Part shown: positions 1 to 11,372 of the stretch, in pieces
How the letters are laid out: every line of letters begins with the position of its first letter
How positions within the stretch are numbered: the stretch's first letter is position 1
Assembly: GCA_016198125.1 (NCBI GenBank)
Contig: JACQJG010000013.1
Location: forward strand, 1-62,618
DNA: 62,618 nt
Reading direction: 5' to 3'
Source of the DNA: Candidatus Iainarchaeum sp.
GTDB taxonomy: Archaea > Iainarchaeota > Iainarchaeia > Iainarchaeales > VGJJ01
Notes under the pieces: model-generated
Seen by the model: the letters and a program-made list of their open reading frames with translations, nothing else
What the model was told of the DNA's origin: nothing
Databases searched by the model: none
Position numbers and translations under genes: made by a program

Positions 1-2075
<2,075 letters not shown>

Positions 2076-2429
2076 AAAATCAAGTGCGTTATTGAACCTC
2101 TTTTGTTCTCAGAAAATCACTTGTTTCTTTCGGGCACTTTTCCTATGAACGACGTCATTGATTAAGCAAAGTACAGTAAAGCAAAACGCATTCGCGAAGA
2201 ATTTGAAGTTCCCCGCTTCATTTGCACATTGCCTTTGCACGTTGAATAACCGTTAGTCCTTCACACGCAAAAAAGCTTGCGTGCTGCGTTCAAAAACAGA
2301 AAGGCAAAAGCCCTCCTGAAATGAATGTAAAATTTTTTGGCAATCAATTGCCACGCGCACAATCGTTAGGCCCGTGGGGGTTCTGAAAGAATCCCCCACT
2401 GAACGCGGACCATCCCTACGCAATGGGAT

Positions 2430-2451
2430 ATGGACTCAGCGGGATTCGCAC
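2430..2451 (-). repeat. Partial duplicate of the tRNA-Ala 3' end (16/16 identical, 20/22 overall) in the spacer between tRNA-Ala and 23S
   Basis: tggactcagcgggatt at 2430-2445 is identical to 2539-2554. The next 6 nt are cgcacc versus tgaacc. No matching 5' half or cloverleaf is present. Confidence 0.8.
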
Positions 2452-2538
2452 CAGCCTTTTTACAAAAGCCTGGGGAAAACCCGCCGGGGTATTGCAACGC
2501 AATACCCCCAGTTCGCACCACACAGACGAAACTGTGTA

Positions 2539-2684
2539 TGGACTCAGCGGGATTTGAACCCGCGGCCCCTCCGACGCTTGAAGCTTTTTTTTCGGGTTTT
2601 CTTTTTCCCGAGGCTTTTTCCTTTTTTTAAAAGAAAAAGGCTCTTTTGCAAACGGAGTGCTCTACCAGGCTGAGCTATGAGCCC
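2539..2684 (-). tRNA. tRNA-Ala(TGC) with a ~72-nt intron in the anticodon loop (intron ~2575-2646)
   Basis: Reverse complement reads GGGCTCA TA GCTC AGCCTGGTA GAGC A CTCCG TTTGCA [intron] (T)CGGAG GGGCC GCGGG TTCAAAT CCCGC TGAGTCC A. It has the G3:U70 Ala identity pair and sits in the 16S-23S spacer, as is typical for archaea. Confidence 0.85.
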
Positions 2685-2760
2685 TTTGCGCTGGTAGAAT
2701 GTTGTGCGCGTGTTGGGTTTTAAGGTTATCATGGGTTTGCAGGAGCAAAAGACTTTTGGA

Positions 2761-2781
2761 AGAATTCTTTTGCTCTTTTTT
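2761..2781 (-). other. 16S processing-stem arm (3' flank of 16S)
   Basis: agaattcttttgctctttttt is the reverse complement (20/21) of 4345-4365. A second complementary block is tttgcagga ~2736-2744 versus tcctgcaaa ~4383-4391. This helix-interruption-helix layout is typical of archaeal pre-rRNA processing stems. Confidence 0.6.
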
Positions 2782-2808
2782 GCGGCGTTTTGAATGATTA
2801 TTTTTTGT

Positions 2809-4304
<1,496 letters not shown>

Positions 4305-4344
4305 CAACTGTTCTTAAAGGATTGGACTTTTTTTGCACGCACAC

Positions 4345-4365
4345 AAAAAAAAGCAAAAGAATTCT
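4345..4365 (-). other. 16S processing-stem arm (5' leader of 16S)
   Basis: aaaaaaaagcaaaagaattct is complementary to 2761-2781 (20/21). Confidence 0.6.
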
Positions 4366-4592
4366 CTTGCAATGCCTTTGTGTTCCTGCAAAATGCCCAT
4401 AACCTTAAAACCGATTGCCTCACGCCCAAAAAAGCTTGGGCGCTCATGTCCTTGAATGGAAAGCCAAAAACGGCAGTCCATGCACGTGTCAAGAAAAGGT
4501 TTTTTACCATCCCCTGCTCAAAAGGAGCAGGTTCATCTAATCAGAAAAACCCTTGCATCCATTCCATTGAACCCGGCTCACGGGGCGGAACA

Positions 4593-4601
4593 GGATATAA
4601 A
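4593..4601 (-). promoter_or_regulatory. Candidate TATA box of the rRNA operon
   Basis: The minus strand reads GCTTATAGTTTATATCC, ~290 nt upstream of the 16S 5' end. A second AT-box, GGTTTTTAAACC, lies at ~4619-4630. No transcript data are available. Confidence 0.35.
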
Positions 4602-4698
4602 CTATAAGCCCCTTAACGGGTTTAAAAACCTTGCGATATGCGGGCCGCAAAAGGGCTGCGGAGGCCAATAAATACCCTTTGGCCTGTTAGTGTTTGTC

Positions 4699-5349
4699 AT
4701 GCGCAGGGCCGTTATCTTTGACATGGATGGCGTGCTCGTGGACAGCTGCCCCCTGATTTGGGACTCGTTCATTGTTGCCGCGCGCGAACAGGAATTGAAT
4801 GTTTCAGGCGAATCCATGAAAGACTACCTGGGAATTTCCATTCAGGACTGCCTGACAAGGTGGAAAAAAGCGTATGGCGTTCAACTTAAATTTAAACGGT
4901 TTCGCGCCACGGCATGCGAATACCAAAATACTCATCTCGGGGACAAAGACCTTGCAGTGCCTGGTGTAAAGGAATTTTTAAACACGTTGAAGGCAAATGG
5001 GATTCGCATGGCGGTTGGAACTTCTTCCCACGAGGAACGCGCCCGCTTTTACCTTGAACCCACCAAACTTGCACACTACTTTGACGCCATTGTCACTTCA
5101 ACCAGGGTTCCCAACCACAAACCCTTTCCGGATATTTTCCTGCGCGCGGCAACTGAATTGGGCGTTGCTCCCGGCAAGTGCATTGTAATTGAGGACGCGC
5201 CCATTGGAATTGAAGCCGCGCACCGCGCGGGCATGAAAGCCATTGGCATTACAACGCCTCCAAGCACAAAAGAATTACTGCAAAGCGCAGACATTGTAAT
5301 TGGCGGTTTCTCAGAACTAAGCGTTGAACGCGTGTTGTCCTTTATTTGA
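4699..5349 (+). CDS. HAD-superfamily hydrolase, beta-phosphoglucomutase-like
   Basis: Motif I is VIFDMDGVLVDS, followed by GTSS and a distal EDAPIGIEAA motif. The ATG at 4699 lies ~25 nt after AATAAATA, which suggests a leaderless transcript. The ORF track begins at GTG 4690. Confidence 0.8.
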   Translation: MRRAVIFDMDGVLVDSCPLIWDSFIVAAREQELNVSGESMKDYLGISIQDCLTRWKKAYGVQLKFKRFRATACEYQNTHLGDKDLAVPGVKEFLNTLKANGIRMAVGTSSHEERARFYLEPTKLAHYFDAIVTSTRVPNHKPFPDIFLRAATELGVAPGKCIVIEDAPIGIEAAHRAGMKAIGITTPPSTKELLQSADIVIGGFSELSVERVLSFI

Positions 5350-5371
5350 AAAATTTACTAATGCCTTATCA

Positions 5372-5869
5372 TCACCAATCAATAGTGAAAGGAGAACGCG
5401 CCGTATTCTCTTCATCTTGACGTTCTGCGCTTTCTCTCCGAGCTTTATCTTTATCCCCTTTTCTTCTAGTCCATGCCCCTTTTCGGCGTGATAAAAAATA
5501 TACATACCCTCCAGCAGTTTTAAGGACTTTGGGTTTTTGCCCTTTAAGTGAAACAAATTCTTTCTTTGTCATTTTTATTATGGCATCTCCATAAAATGGG
5601 TCATAACCTGCAATTGTCTCATATGATCTTTTGGCTTCTTTTAGTCTTCGATCAAGCTTTCCCACTCTTCTTTCCGCAGGTCCACGTCTTCGATTCAAAG
5701 CGAGTATCGTTGGATTTTTACCTGCTTTAAGGAAGACTGCTGTTGGTTGTTGACCTTTCAAACGTAAAAAGGAATTAAATGGAAAAGAAACTGCTTTTCT
5801 ACCTTGGTATTGAATAGGCCGTCCTATTTGTTTCTTTCTTCTTGATGGCTTCATGTCGTTATTAATCAT
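5372..5869 (-). CDS. Hypothetical highly basic protein with an internal repeat
   Basis: 165-aa ORF in an AT-rich patch. It has two copies of F[LV]xLKGQxP...LK(A/T)(A)G, and K/R-rich termini. I recognise no family. Confidence 0.5.
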   Translation of the reverse strand: MINNDMKPSRRKKQIGRPIQYQGRKAVSFPFNSFLRLKGQQPTAVFLKAGKNPTILALNRRRGPAERRVGKLDRRLKEAKRSYETIAGYDPFYGDAIIKMTKKEFVSLKGQKPKVLKTAGGYVYFLSRRKGAWTRRKGDKDKARRESAERQDEENTARSPFTIDW

Positions 5870-5927
5870 CTTATCCTATTTAAATATTCCTGCCAAAAAG
5901 TGTGCATCATGAATTTGAAAAGTACGT

Positions 5928-6446
5928 TTACTTTACTATCGCCCGTTCAGTTAGTGGAAACTCTTGCAGTTTTTTGAATGTTGCTTGTTTAAGTTTTCCG
6001 TCCAATACAATGGTTAAAACAGGATTGTGGAAGAGATCAGGGTCATCCACGATTGCTTGACGAACGTTCATGCCATCGTGAAAAAGAATGGTGCTAACTC
6101 CCGCCAACACCCCTCTTAAAGATGCATCGGCATGGATTTCAATAACATCCAATCCCAATTCTTTTCCAGCTTTTCCAAGAAATGCACGGGATTCTAATCG
6201 TGAGAATATCAGAAGAAGTGTTTCATTACTAGAAATTTGATGCACTGTTTCGAGTACTACCCGTCGATCCACCCCCAACGCTTTTCCTATTTTTGCAGGT
6301 GCTTGTTCAATATTCCCAATTCGAATTTTTTTATCACGACTCACGGAAATTCCCAGCTTTAAAAACTCACGTGCGACCTTTTCACGTGCAGGCGATCGAA
6401 CAAATTCAGACCATATTTTCGAGTAAACACTTTTGCGCATAAGCAT
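5928..6446 (-). CDS. ACT-domain regulator-like protein (COG2150-type, predicted regulator of amino-acid metabolism)
   Basis: 172 aa, with an N-terminal HTH-like segment (IAKALGVDRRVV) and a C-terminal ACT-like part (VIEIHADASLRGVLAGVSTIL). The start overlaps the upstream stop by 1 nt (TAATG). Confidence 0.5.
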   Translation of the reverse strand: MLMRKSVYSKIWSEFVRSPAREKVAREFLKLGISVSRDKKIRIGNIEQAPAKIGKALGVDRRVVLETVHQISSNETLLLIFSRLESRAFLGKAGKELGLDVIEIHADASLRGVLAGVSTILFHDGMNVRQAIVDDPDLFHNPVLTIVLDGKLKQATFKKLQEFPLTERAIVK

Positions 6447-7744
6447 TATTTCCTGCTCTTTTTTATCTGGTTCAGAATACTGTCCAATTCTCCTATGGTG
6501 CGTACGGCCAATCCAAGGGGCAATTCATACTCTTTGGGGTTGTGCCACTGGTCATACATCCACCGGCGCTGGAAATAGTTATCCTTAACGGTTGAGTCTT
6601 GGGGTAAAAGATGCGGGGCAAGCGCTTTTCCGGTTTCCTCAAGTTGGGCGTTGATTGTTTTCTCCAACGGGCCTGTTCGCGCCAGCAATGCCTTTTTTTG
6701 CTCCGGAGTCGCGTATTTTAACGCATACTTTGCGCGTTCAATTCGTCTCTTGCGCTGCAGCAAGGCGGCCAGCCTGTTTGTCAAACGGGTTTGCTCTGCG
6801 TTGGATTTGGGGGCCATGATGCGCAAGGGCAGCAGGGGAAACACTTTGAATTCAGATACCAGTGGAAGGTGCGGAAAATCCTCCATGGCTTCGGCAAGTT
6901 TTCCGAACTCTTTCAAGTAGGCTTCGCTTAGCACGTAATTAACCATGTCCGGCCCGGACGCATGGAATACCTGTTGGGACTTCCTCTTTCCATATGCTTC
7001 CAGAACAACGCTCAGCAAGGTAACTGCTTTTACGCTGACCAATAAACCAATGTCTTCATTGGGACGTTTTCCAGTGGATACAATTTTGGCCAGTTCACGG
7101 TTGGCTTTGAGCGCCTGCATCACCCCATCCGATTTTTTGACCCGAATTCCCGTGCCATAAACCAGTTCGTCTTCATTTTCTTTGGCCAGCCTGTGAATAT
7201 TTCCCTCCCTGTCCACATACCGGTCAAATATTTCCCAATGGCCTTTTTGTATGAGATGATCTAAAACGCTTTTGACTCTTCTTTCTTTTTCAGCAAGGTA
7301 CTGGCTGAAAGTGTACACGCGTGCCCCGCGCGCGATGCGCTGCATAATGCGGACATGCAGGGTTGCAAGATTCTCTGGAATTTGTTTCACGCTTACTCCC
7401 AGAAATTCAGCCGCGGCTTTTCGCTGGTCGCCTGAAAGAAACATGAAGGGAGTGAGCCTTTCAGAATTTTCAAAAAAAGAAACATCCTTTCCATTGAAAA
7501 TAATGCGCCCCGGATGGTAGTTCTTGTCTGCCGCAGGCGAAGTCCGGTCATAGAGCTGCAAGGTGATTCCAGTGGTATGCAACCGGCCTCCCTTGGAAGC
7601 AATCCTTCCCAGCGTGCCAGCAATGTTGTACACGGCGAGATTTCCTATGTGCGCTGAACGGAAAACCCTTCCATGAGAGCGCCTGCTCAATTCCCGGGGA
7701 GTGGGATTGGCCTTGCTCACGCGAATGATTTTTTTTCCATTCAT
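6446..7744 (-). CDS. Conserved-looking hypothetical protein (432 aa), family not recognised
   Basis: Long uninterrupted ORF, translationally coupled on both sides: TGA-ATG junction with the M20 gene and TAATG with the ACT gene. Confidence 0.6.
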   Translation of the reverse strand: MNGKKIIRVSKANPTPRELSRRSHGRVFRSAHIGNLAVYNIAGTLGRIASKGGRLHTTGITLQLYDRTSPAADKNYHPGRIIFNGKDVSFFENSERLTPFMFLSGDQRKAAAEFLGVSVKQIPENLATLHVRIMQRIARGARVYTFSQYLAEKERRVKSVLDHLIQKGHWEIFDRYVDREGNIHRLAKENEDELVYGTGIRVKKSDGVMQALKANRELAKIVSTGKRPNEDIGLLVSVKAVTLLSVVLEAYGKRKSQQVFHASGPDMVNYVLSEAYLKEFGKLAEAMEDFPHLPLVSEFKVFPLLPLRIMAPKSNAEQTRLTNRLAALLQRKRRIERAKYALKYATPEQKKALLARTGPLEKTINAQLEETGKALAPHLLPQDSTVKDNYFQRRWMYDQWHNPKEYELPLGLAVRTIGELDSILNQIKKSRK

Positions 7745-8872
7745 TCAACCCAGCCTTCTCGCATAATCATAATACACCTCGGCAGCCGTTTTCAATTCCT
7801 TTATTTCCACATGTTCTTCGGCCGCGTGGCATAAAAAGCTTTTCCCAGGACCGCACACAACGGCTTCCAAACCCGCAGTGGTAAGGAACTTGGCAATGGT
7901 TGCGCCGGATGCAAACCCGTATTCTGCGGGAAGGCCTTTTTCTTTAAGGACTTTTTCCAGCAATTGGATTTTCTCGCTTTTTTTGTTTACAACGTGGGCC
8001 TTGTCGTACCGGTACATGGAAACAGACAGGTTGAACGCAGGGTTTTTTTGTTTAAGGTTTTTCTCTATTGCACGGATGCCATTCATTACATCCGCGTCGG
8101 CCTGGCCTGGCACCAGCCTGAAATCCACGTCCACTTCGCATTCCTTTGGAACAATGCTTTGCTTTATACCCCCGCGTATTACGCCCACGTTCACGGTTGA
8201 GCGCACGTTCATTTGCCTGTAAAAGGAGTTTGGAAAAGAATACGCATTCAACGCTTGGATAAAACCGTTCATCAGGAGAATGGCGTTCACGCCTTTTTCA
8301 GGATTCATGGCGTGGGCTTCCTTTCCCATGCATTTTGCGCGAAACCGTACAATTCCCTTTTCTCCAATGCTGATGTTAAGGCTGTTTGCTTCTGCCACCA
8401 GTGAAAAGTCAGGGTTGTAATTGTATTTGCTTTTTTCCTGCAAAATGGCCTTTGCACCCAGCACACTGCCATTCTCTTCATCGGAAAAAATGGAGAGCAT
8501 GAAATTGGTGTCAAGTCCTGATTCAATCACCATGCGTGCAGTCTCAAATCCTGCCGCAATGGCCCCCTTGTCATCCACGGAACCCCGGCCAAATATTTTT
8601 CCATCTTCTTCAATGGGCTCTGGAGAAATGTTTGACAATGGAACAGTATCCGAGTGGCACACCAAGTTAGTGGTCTTTTTTCCTTTGTTGGTTTCGCCAA
8701 TAATGGAAACCCTGTTGGGCGCAGTTTCAATGCACTGGTATTTCATTCCAAGCTCCTTAAACTTTTCTTCCAAATAATGCACCATTTCCGTTTCATTTCC
8801 AGGCGGATTTTCGCTGTTTATTTTCATCATTTCCTTCGCGTTTTTCCTGAGAGTGTTTTCACTTGCTTCCAT
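7745..8872 (-). CDS. M20-family metallopeptidase (ArgE/DapE/LysK-like deacylase)
   Basis: Motifs LVCHSDTVP, GRGSVDDKG, SDEENGS and the EAHAMNPEKGVNA dimerisation-domain region. I chose the start at the internal Met (MEASENT...) because the track ORF extension to 9004 overlaps the upstream gene. Confidence 0.8.
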   Translation of the reverse strand: MEASENTLRKNAKEMMKINSENPPGNETEMVHYLEEKFKELGMKYQCIETAPNRVSIIGETNKGKKTTNLVCHSDTVPLSNISPEPIEEDGKIFGRGSVDDKGAIAAGFETARMVIESGLDTNFMLSIFSDEENGSVLGAKAILQEKSKYNYNPDFSLVAEANSLNISIGEKGIVRFRAKCMGKEAHAMNPEKGVNAILLMNGFIQALNAYSFPNSFYRQMNVRSTVNVGVIRGGIKQSIVPKECEVDVDFRLVPGQADADVMNGIRAIEKNLKQKNPAFNLSVSMYRYDKAHVVNKKSEKIQLLEKVLKEKGLPAEYGFASGATIAKFLTTAGLEAVVCGPGKSFLCHAAEEHVEIKELKTAAEVYYDYARRLG

Positions 8873-8886
8873 GTTTTCACCTTCTC

Positions 8887-9303
8887 TTATCTTACCACGC
8901 GCAAGAGCACGGATTCCCTGTGGCCCTTGTTGCGGCCTTCGCGCATTTTGAATGTTCCAAAAGGCGCTTTTTTTACTGTGATTCTGTCCCCTAAAGCCGA
9001 GCACAATTTTTTTTGCAGGGACAAAATGATTTCCGCGGCTTTCTCAGGCGCGGCAAGCTTTACCGGAGAATGACAAAAAGGGTAGATAACAATGGACGAA
9101 ACATTGAATTGAAGGGCCTTGGAGTGAATGATTTTCACAGCCCTATCCAATGCCATTTTGTCAGTGTTCTCTACTGTGACATATGCCACCAGGCAATTGT
9201 GCTCAGACCCTTGGCGGTCGCTTTCGCTGTCCTGAATGCTCACCGCACCTTGGCCGTTGGCCATCCAAGTGAAATAGTCCATGTGTTCAAGCAGGACAAT
9301 CAT
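8887..9303 (-). CDS. Free-standing archaeal ThrRS N-terminal editing domain (tRNA-Thr-ED / DTD-like fold)
   Basis: The 138-aa protein aligns by eye with the Pyrococcus ThrRS N-domain: MIVLLEHMDYF.., CLVAYVTVENTD, VIYPFCHSPVKLAAPEKA, KKAPFGTFKMREGRNKGH. An SD GGAGGGGG lies 5-6 nt upstream of the ATG. Confidence 0.7.
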   Translation of the reverse strand: MIVLLEHMDYFTWMANGQGAVSIQDSESDRQGSEHNCLVAYVTVENTDKMALDRAVKIIHSKALQFNVSSIVIYPFCHSPVKLAAPEKAAEIILSLQKKLCSALGDRITVKKAPFGTFKMREGRNKGHRESVLLRVVR

Positions 9304-9788
9304 TCAACCCCCTCCATGGTTTTTGAATGCATAACAGGGTCTTTTGCCTGACTGAAAAGGCAGGGTTTGCCTGCCATGTGCGCGTGCGGGGGCATTGAAG
9401 CAAATATAATCATGCAATTAACCTCTTTGTACTGTTTTTAAAATCTGGCCATTGGAACTACGGTCTCACACCGCTTTCCAATAGGACGGCATTCAGCGCC
9501 AGTGAAAGAAATAGAAATGCGCACCGCTAAACCTGCCATTTGAAAGAATGTCTTTCCCGGCTTGGTTTTTCAGGCACATGAACAACCCTACACACAACTG
9601 GTTTTTATAAATATGCTTAAAAGTCAAAAGGCAGGTGCGGCAAGGGCTATTTGGGTTTAAAGTACAACTTCTTGTACGTGTAATCCCTGTTAATCACGGT
9701 GCCGCACACTTGCAAGCCGTGTTTCTCATGCGCCACCGGCATTCTGCGCCTCCGCAAAAGGTATTGGAATCGAAAGCCCTTTAGTGTC

Positions 9789-10028
9789 ATGGCACGCAGG
9801 CGCTTGAAAATTCCCCGTATGCATGGGGTGTTGGTTGTATTCTGTCTTTTGATGGCAGGAGCATTGCTCATTACCTACCCTTTGCTGAACCTTTCCCTGG
9901 GATTAGATATTTATACTGCCATCGTAGTATTATTTGCAATTGCCATTGCCGTGTTGGAGCATGCAGGCGTGCGGGTTTCAAAATCCGCTGAGCTTGTGCG
10001 TACTATTCTACGGGGGTCAAAAAAGTGA
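9789..10028 (+). CDS. Small membrane protein (hypothetical)
   Basis: MARRRLKIPRMHGVLVVFCLLMAGALL... has two hydrophobic helices. The start was chosen at an internal ATG of track ORF 9699-10028. Confidence 0.4.
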   Translation: MARRRLKIPRMHGVLVVFCLLMAGALLITYPLLNLSLGLDIYTAIVVLFAIAIAVLEHAGVRVSKSAELVRTILRGSKK

Positions 10029-10216
10029 GGAAGCCGCGGTCTCGTTTTGGGGTAATCACCGTATTGTTCACGCTTATTGGCGGCCTTGTAGGAAGCGGCG
10101 TGGGCGCAGTCATTGGCATGGGCGTTGGGTTTTTGGTTGAAAACGACCCGCGCATTCAGTAAACCTGCAGTCTACTCACGGATTCATTTAAATACAAAAA
10201 CCGGGTTGGATAGTGC

Positions 10217-11131
10217 ATGCCCTACATGGAACGCGATGACTTTTGGATACACGTAATAAAACTTCTTCGTCCCGCAGAATGGACTAAAACATTGCTGAAC
10301 ATGGTCATTGGAAGCATTGGTGCGCTGTACGTGTTGTATGGCATGGAATGGAGCCAGCACGTGGACCTTGGCCTGTTTGCATACGCGTTCATTGCCATTG
10401 GGCCTTTGCTGTGGGGCGGGCTTTACGCGTTGAATGATTGGACGGACTGGAAAAAAGACAAATTGCATCCCGTGAAAAAGAACCGCGCCATTCCAAGCGG
10501 AAAAGTGCACCCCAATTTTGCCGTGATCCTTGTAAAAGTCGTGCTCATTCTTGCATTCTTAATTGGACTGCACGTTTCCCTGCTTTTCTTTGTGTGCATG
10601 ATTGCCATGCTGTTGAACCAGCTAATGTACACGCTCAAACCCTTTCGCTTGAAAGAACGCGCGTTTTTAGATTTGGTTTCAGGTTCCATGATTAATCCTT
10701 TTTTCCGGTTTTACGCGGGCTGGGTGCTGTTCCTGCCTGCATTCAACGCCCCGCTTTGGCTGATTTTAATGGTGGTTGGAGGCCAATTTGGAGGCTATGT
10801 CATTTACCGCCTGGCAGGCAAGCACCATGAAAAAGGATTGAATTACAACAGTTCCGTAGTAGTATTGGGCTCGCATGCTATTCGCGTGCTTGCGTACGCG
10901 GCCATGGTGCTTGCACTTCTGGCGTTTGCATATGGAGTACTATTCGCTCCCCAACAGGAACGGTGGCCACTGCAATTACTCTGGCTTGTACCCCTAAACC
11001 TGGTATTCCTTCCAGGGTATTGGAGTGCGTTGCGCAACCCCCAAAAGATGGACTTGCCCAACGTGTACCGTTTATTGTACTGGAATGTGCTTGTGCTCGC
11101 GCTCGCATTCATTGCCTTGTTCCTGCTGTGA
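10217..11131 (+). CDS. UbiA-family prenyltransferase (divergent paralog)
   Basis: Polytopic membrane protein with the first Asp-rich motif LNDWTDWKKD. Confidence 0.7.
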   Translation: MPYMERDDFWIHVIKLLRPAEWTKTLLNMVIGSIGALYVLYGMEWSQHVDLGLFAYAFIAIGPLLWGGLYALNDWTDWKKDKLHPVKKNRAIPSGKVHPNFAVILVKVVLILAFLIGLHVSLLFFVCMIAMLLNQLMYTLKPFRLKERAFLDLVSGSMINPFFRFYAGWVLFLPAFNAPLWLILMVVGGQFGGYVIYRLAGKHHEKGLNYNSSVVVLGSHAIRVLAYAAMVLALLAFAYGVLFAPQQERWPLQLLWLVPLNLVFLPGYWSALRNPQKMDLPNVYRLLYWNVLVLALAFIALFLL

Positions 11132-11350
11132 ATGGCCTTTACTACCTGGCGCGCTGCCTCAAATAGCGTTTCTTTCTGCGCTCGCGGCGCATCTTCTTCT
11201 TGTGCCACTTCCAGCGCTGCCTTGCCCTGGTTTTCTTGAACCGGCTGGTGTCCTTTGCACGCGTTCCCATTCCCATTCACCCATCATCAAAAAGTACTGA
11301 TTTAACGCGCACACGCGTTTAAAAACCATTCGGGTTTGGCCCGAGAATGC

Positions 11351-11363
11351 TTATATTTTAAAA
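11351..11363 (+). promoter_or_regulatory. TATA box for the sigma-like gene
   Basis: TTATATTTTAAAA lies ~20-25 nt upstream of the ATGs at 11373 and 11379, which is leaderless geometry. Confidence 0.45.
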
Positions 11364-11372
11364 CGCCGTGGA

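Noticed and set aside
2430-2520. A second complete tRNA gene in the 16S-23S spacer
   Set aside because: Only the last ~22 nt resemble a tRNA. The putative T-stem has a mismatch, the T-loop is non-consensus, and no D-arm, anticodon arm or 5' acceptor strand exists.
7745-9004. Long form of the M20 peptidase ORF (419 aa)
   Set aside because: The first 44 codons overlap the 3' end of the ThrRS-ed gene and are not M20-like. The internal Met at 8872 gives a normal-length enzyme.
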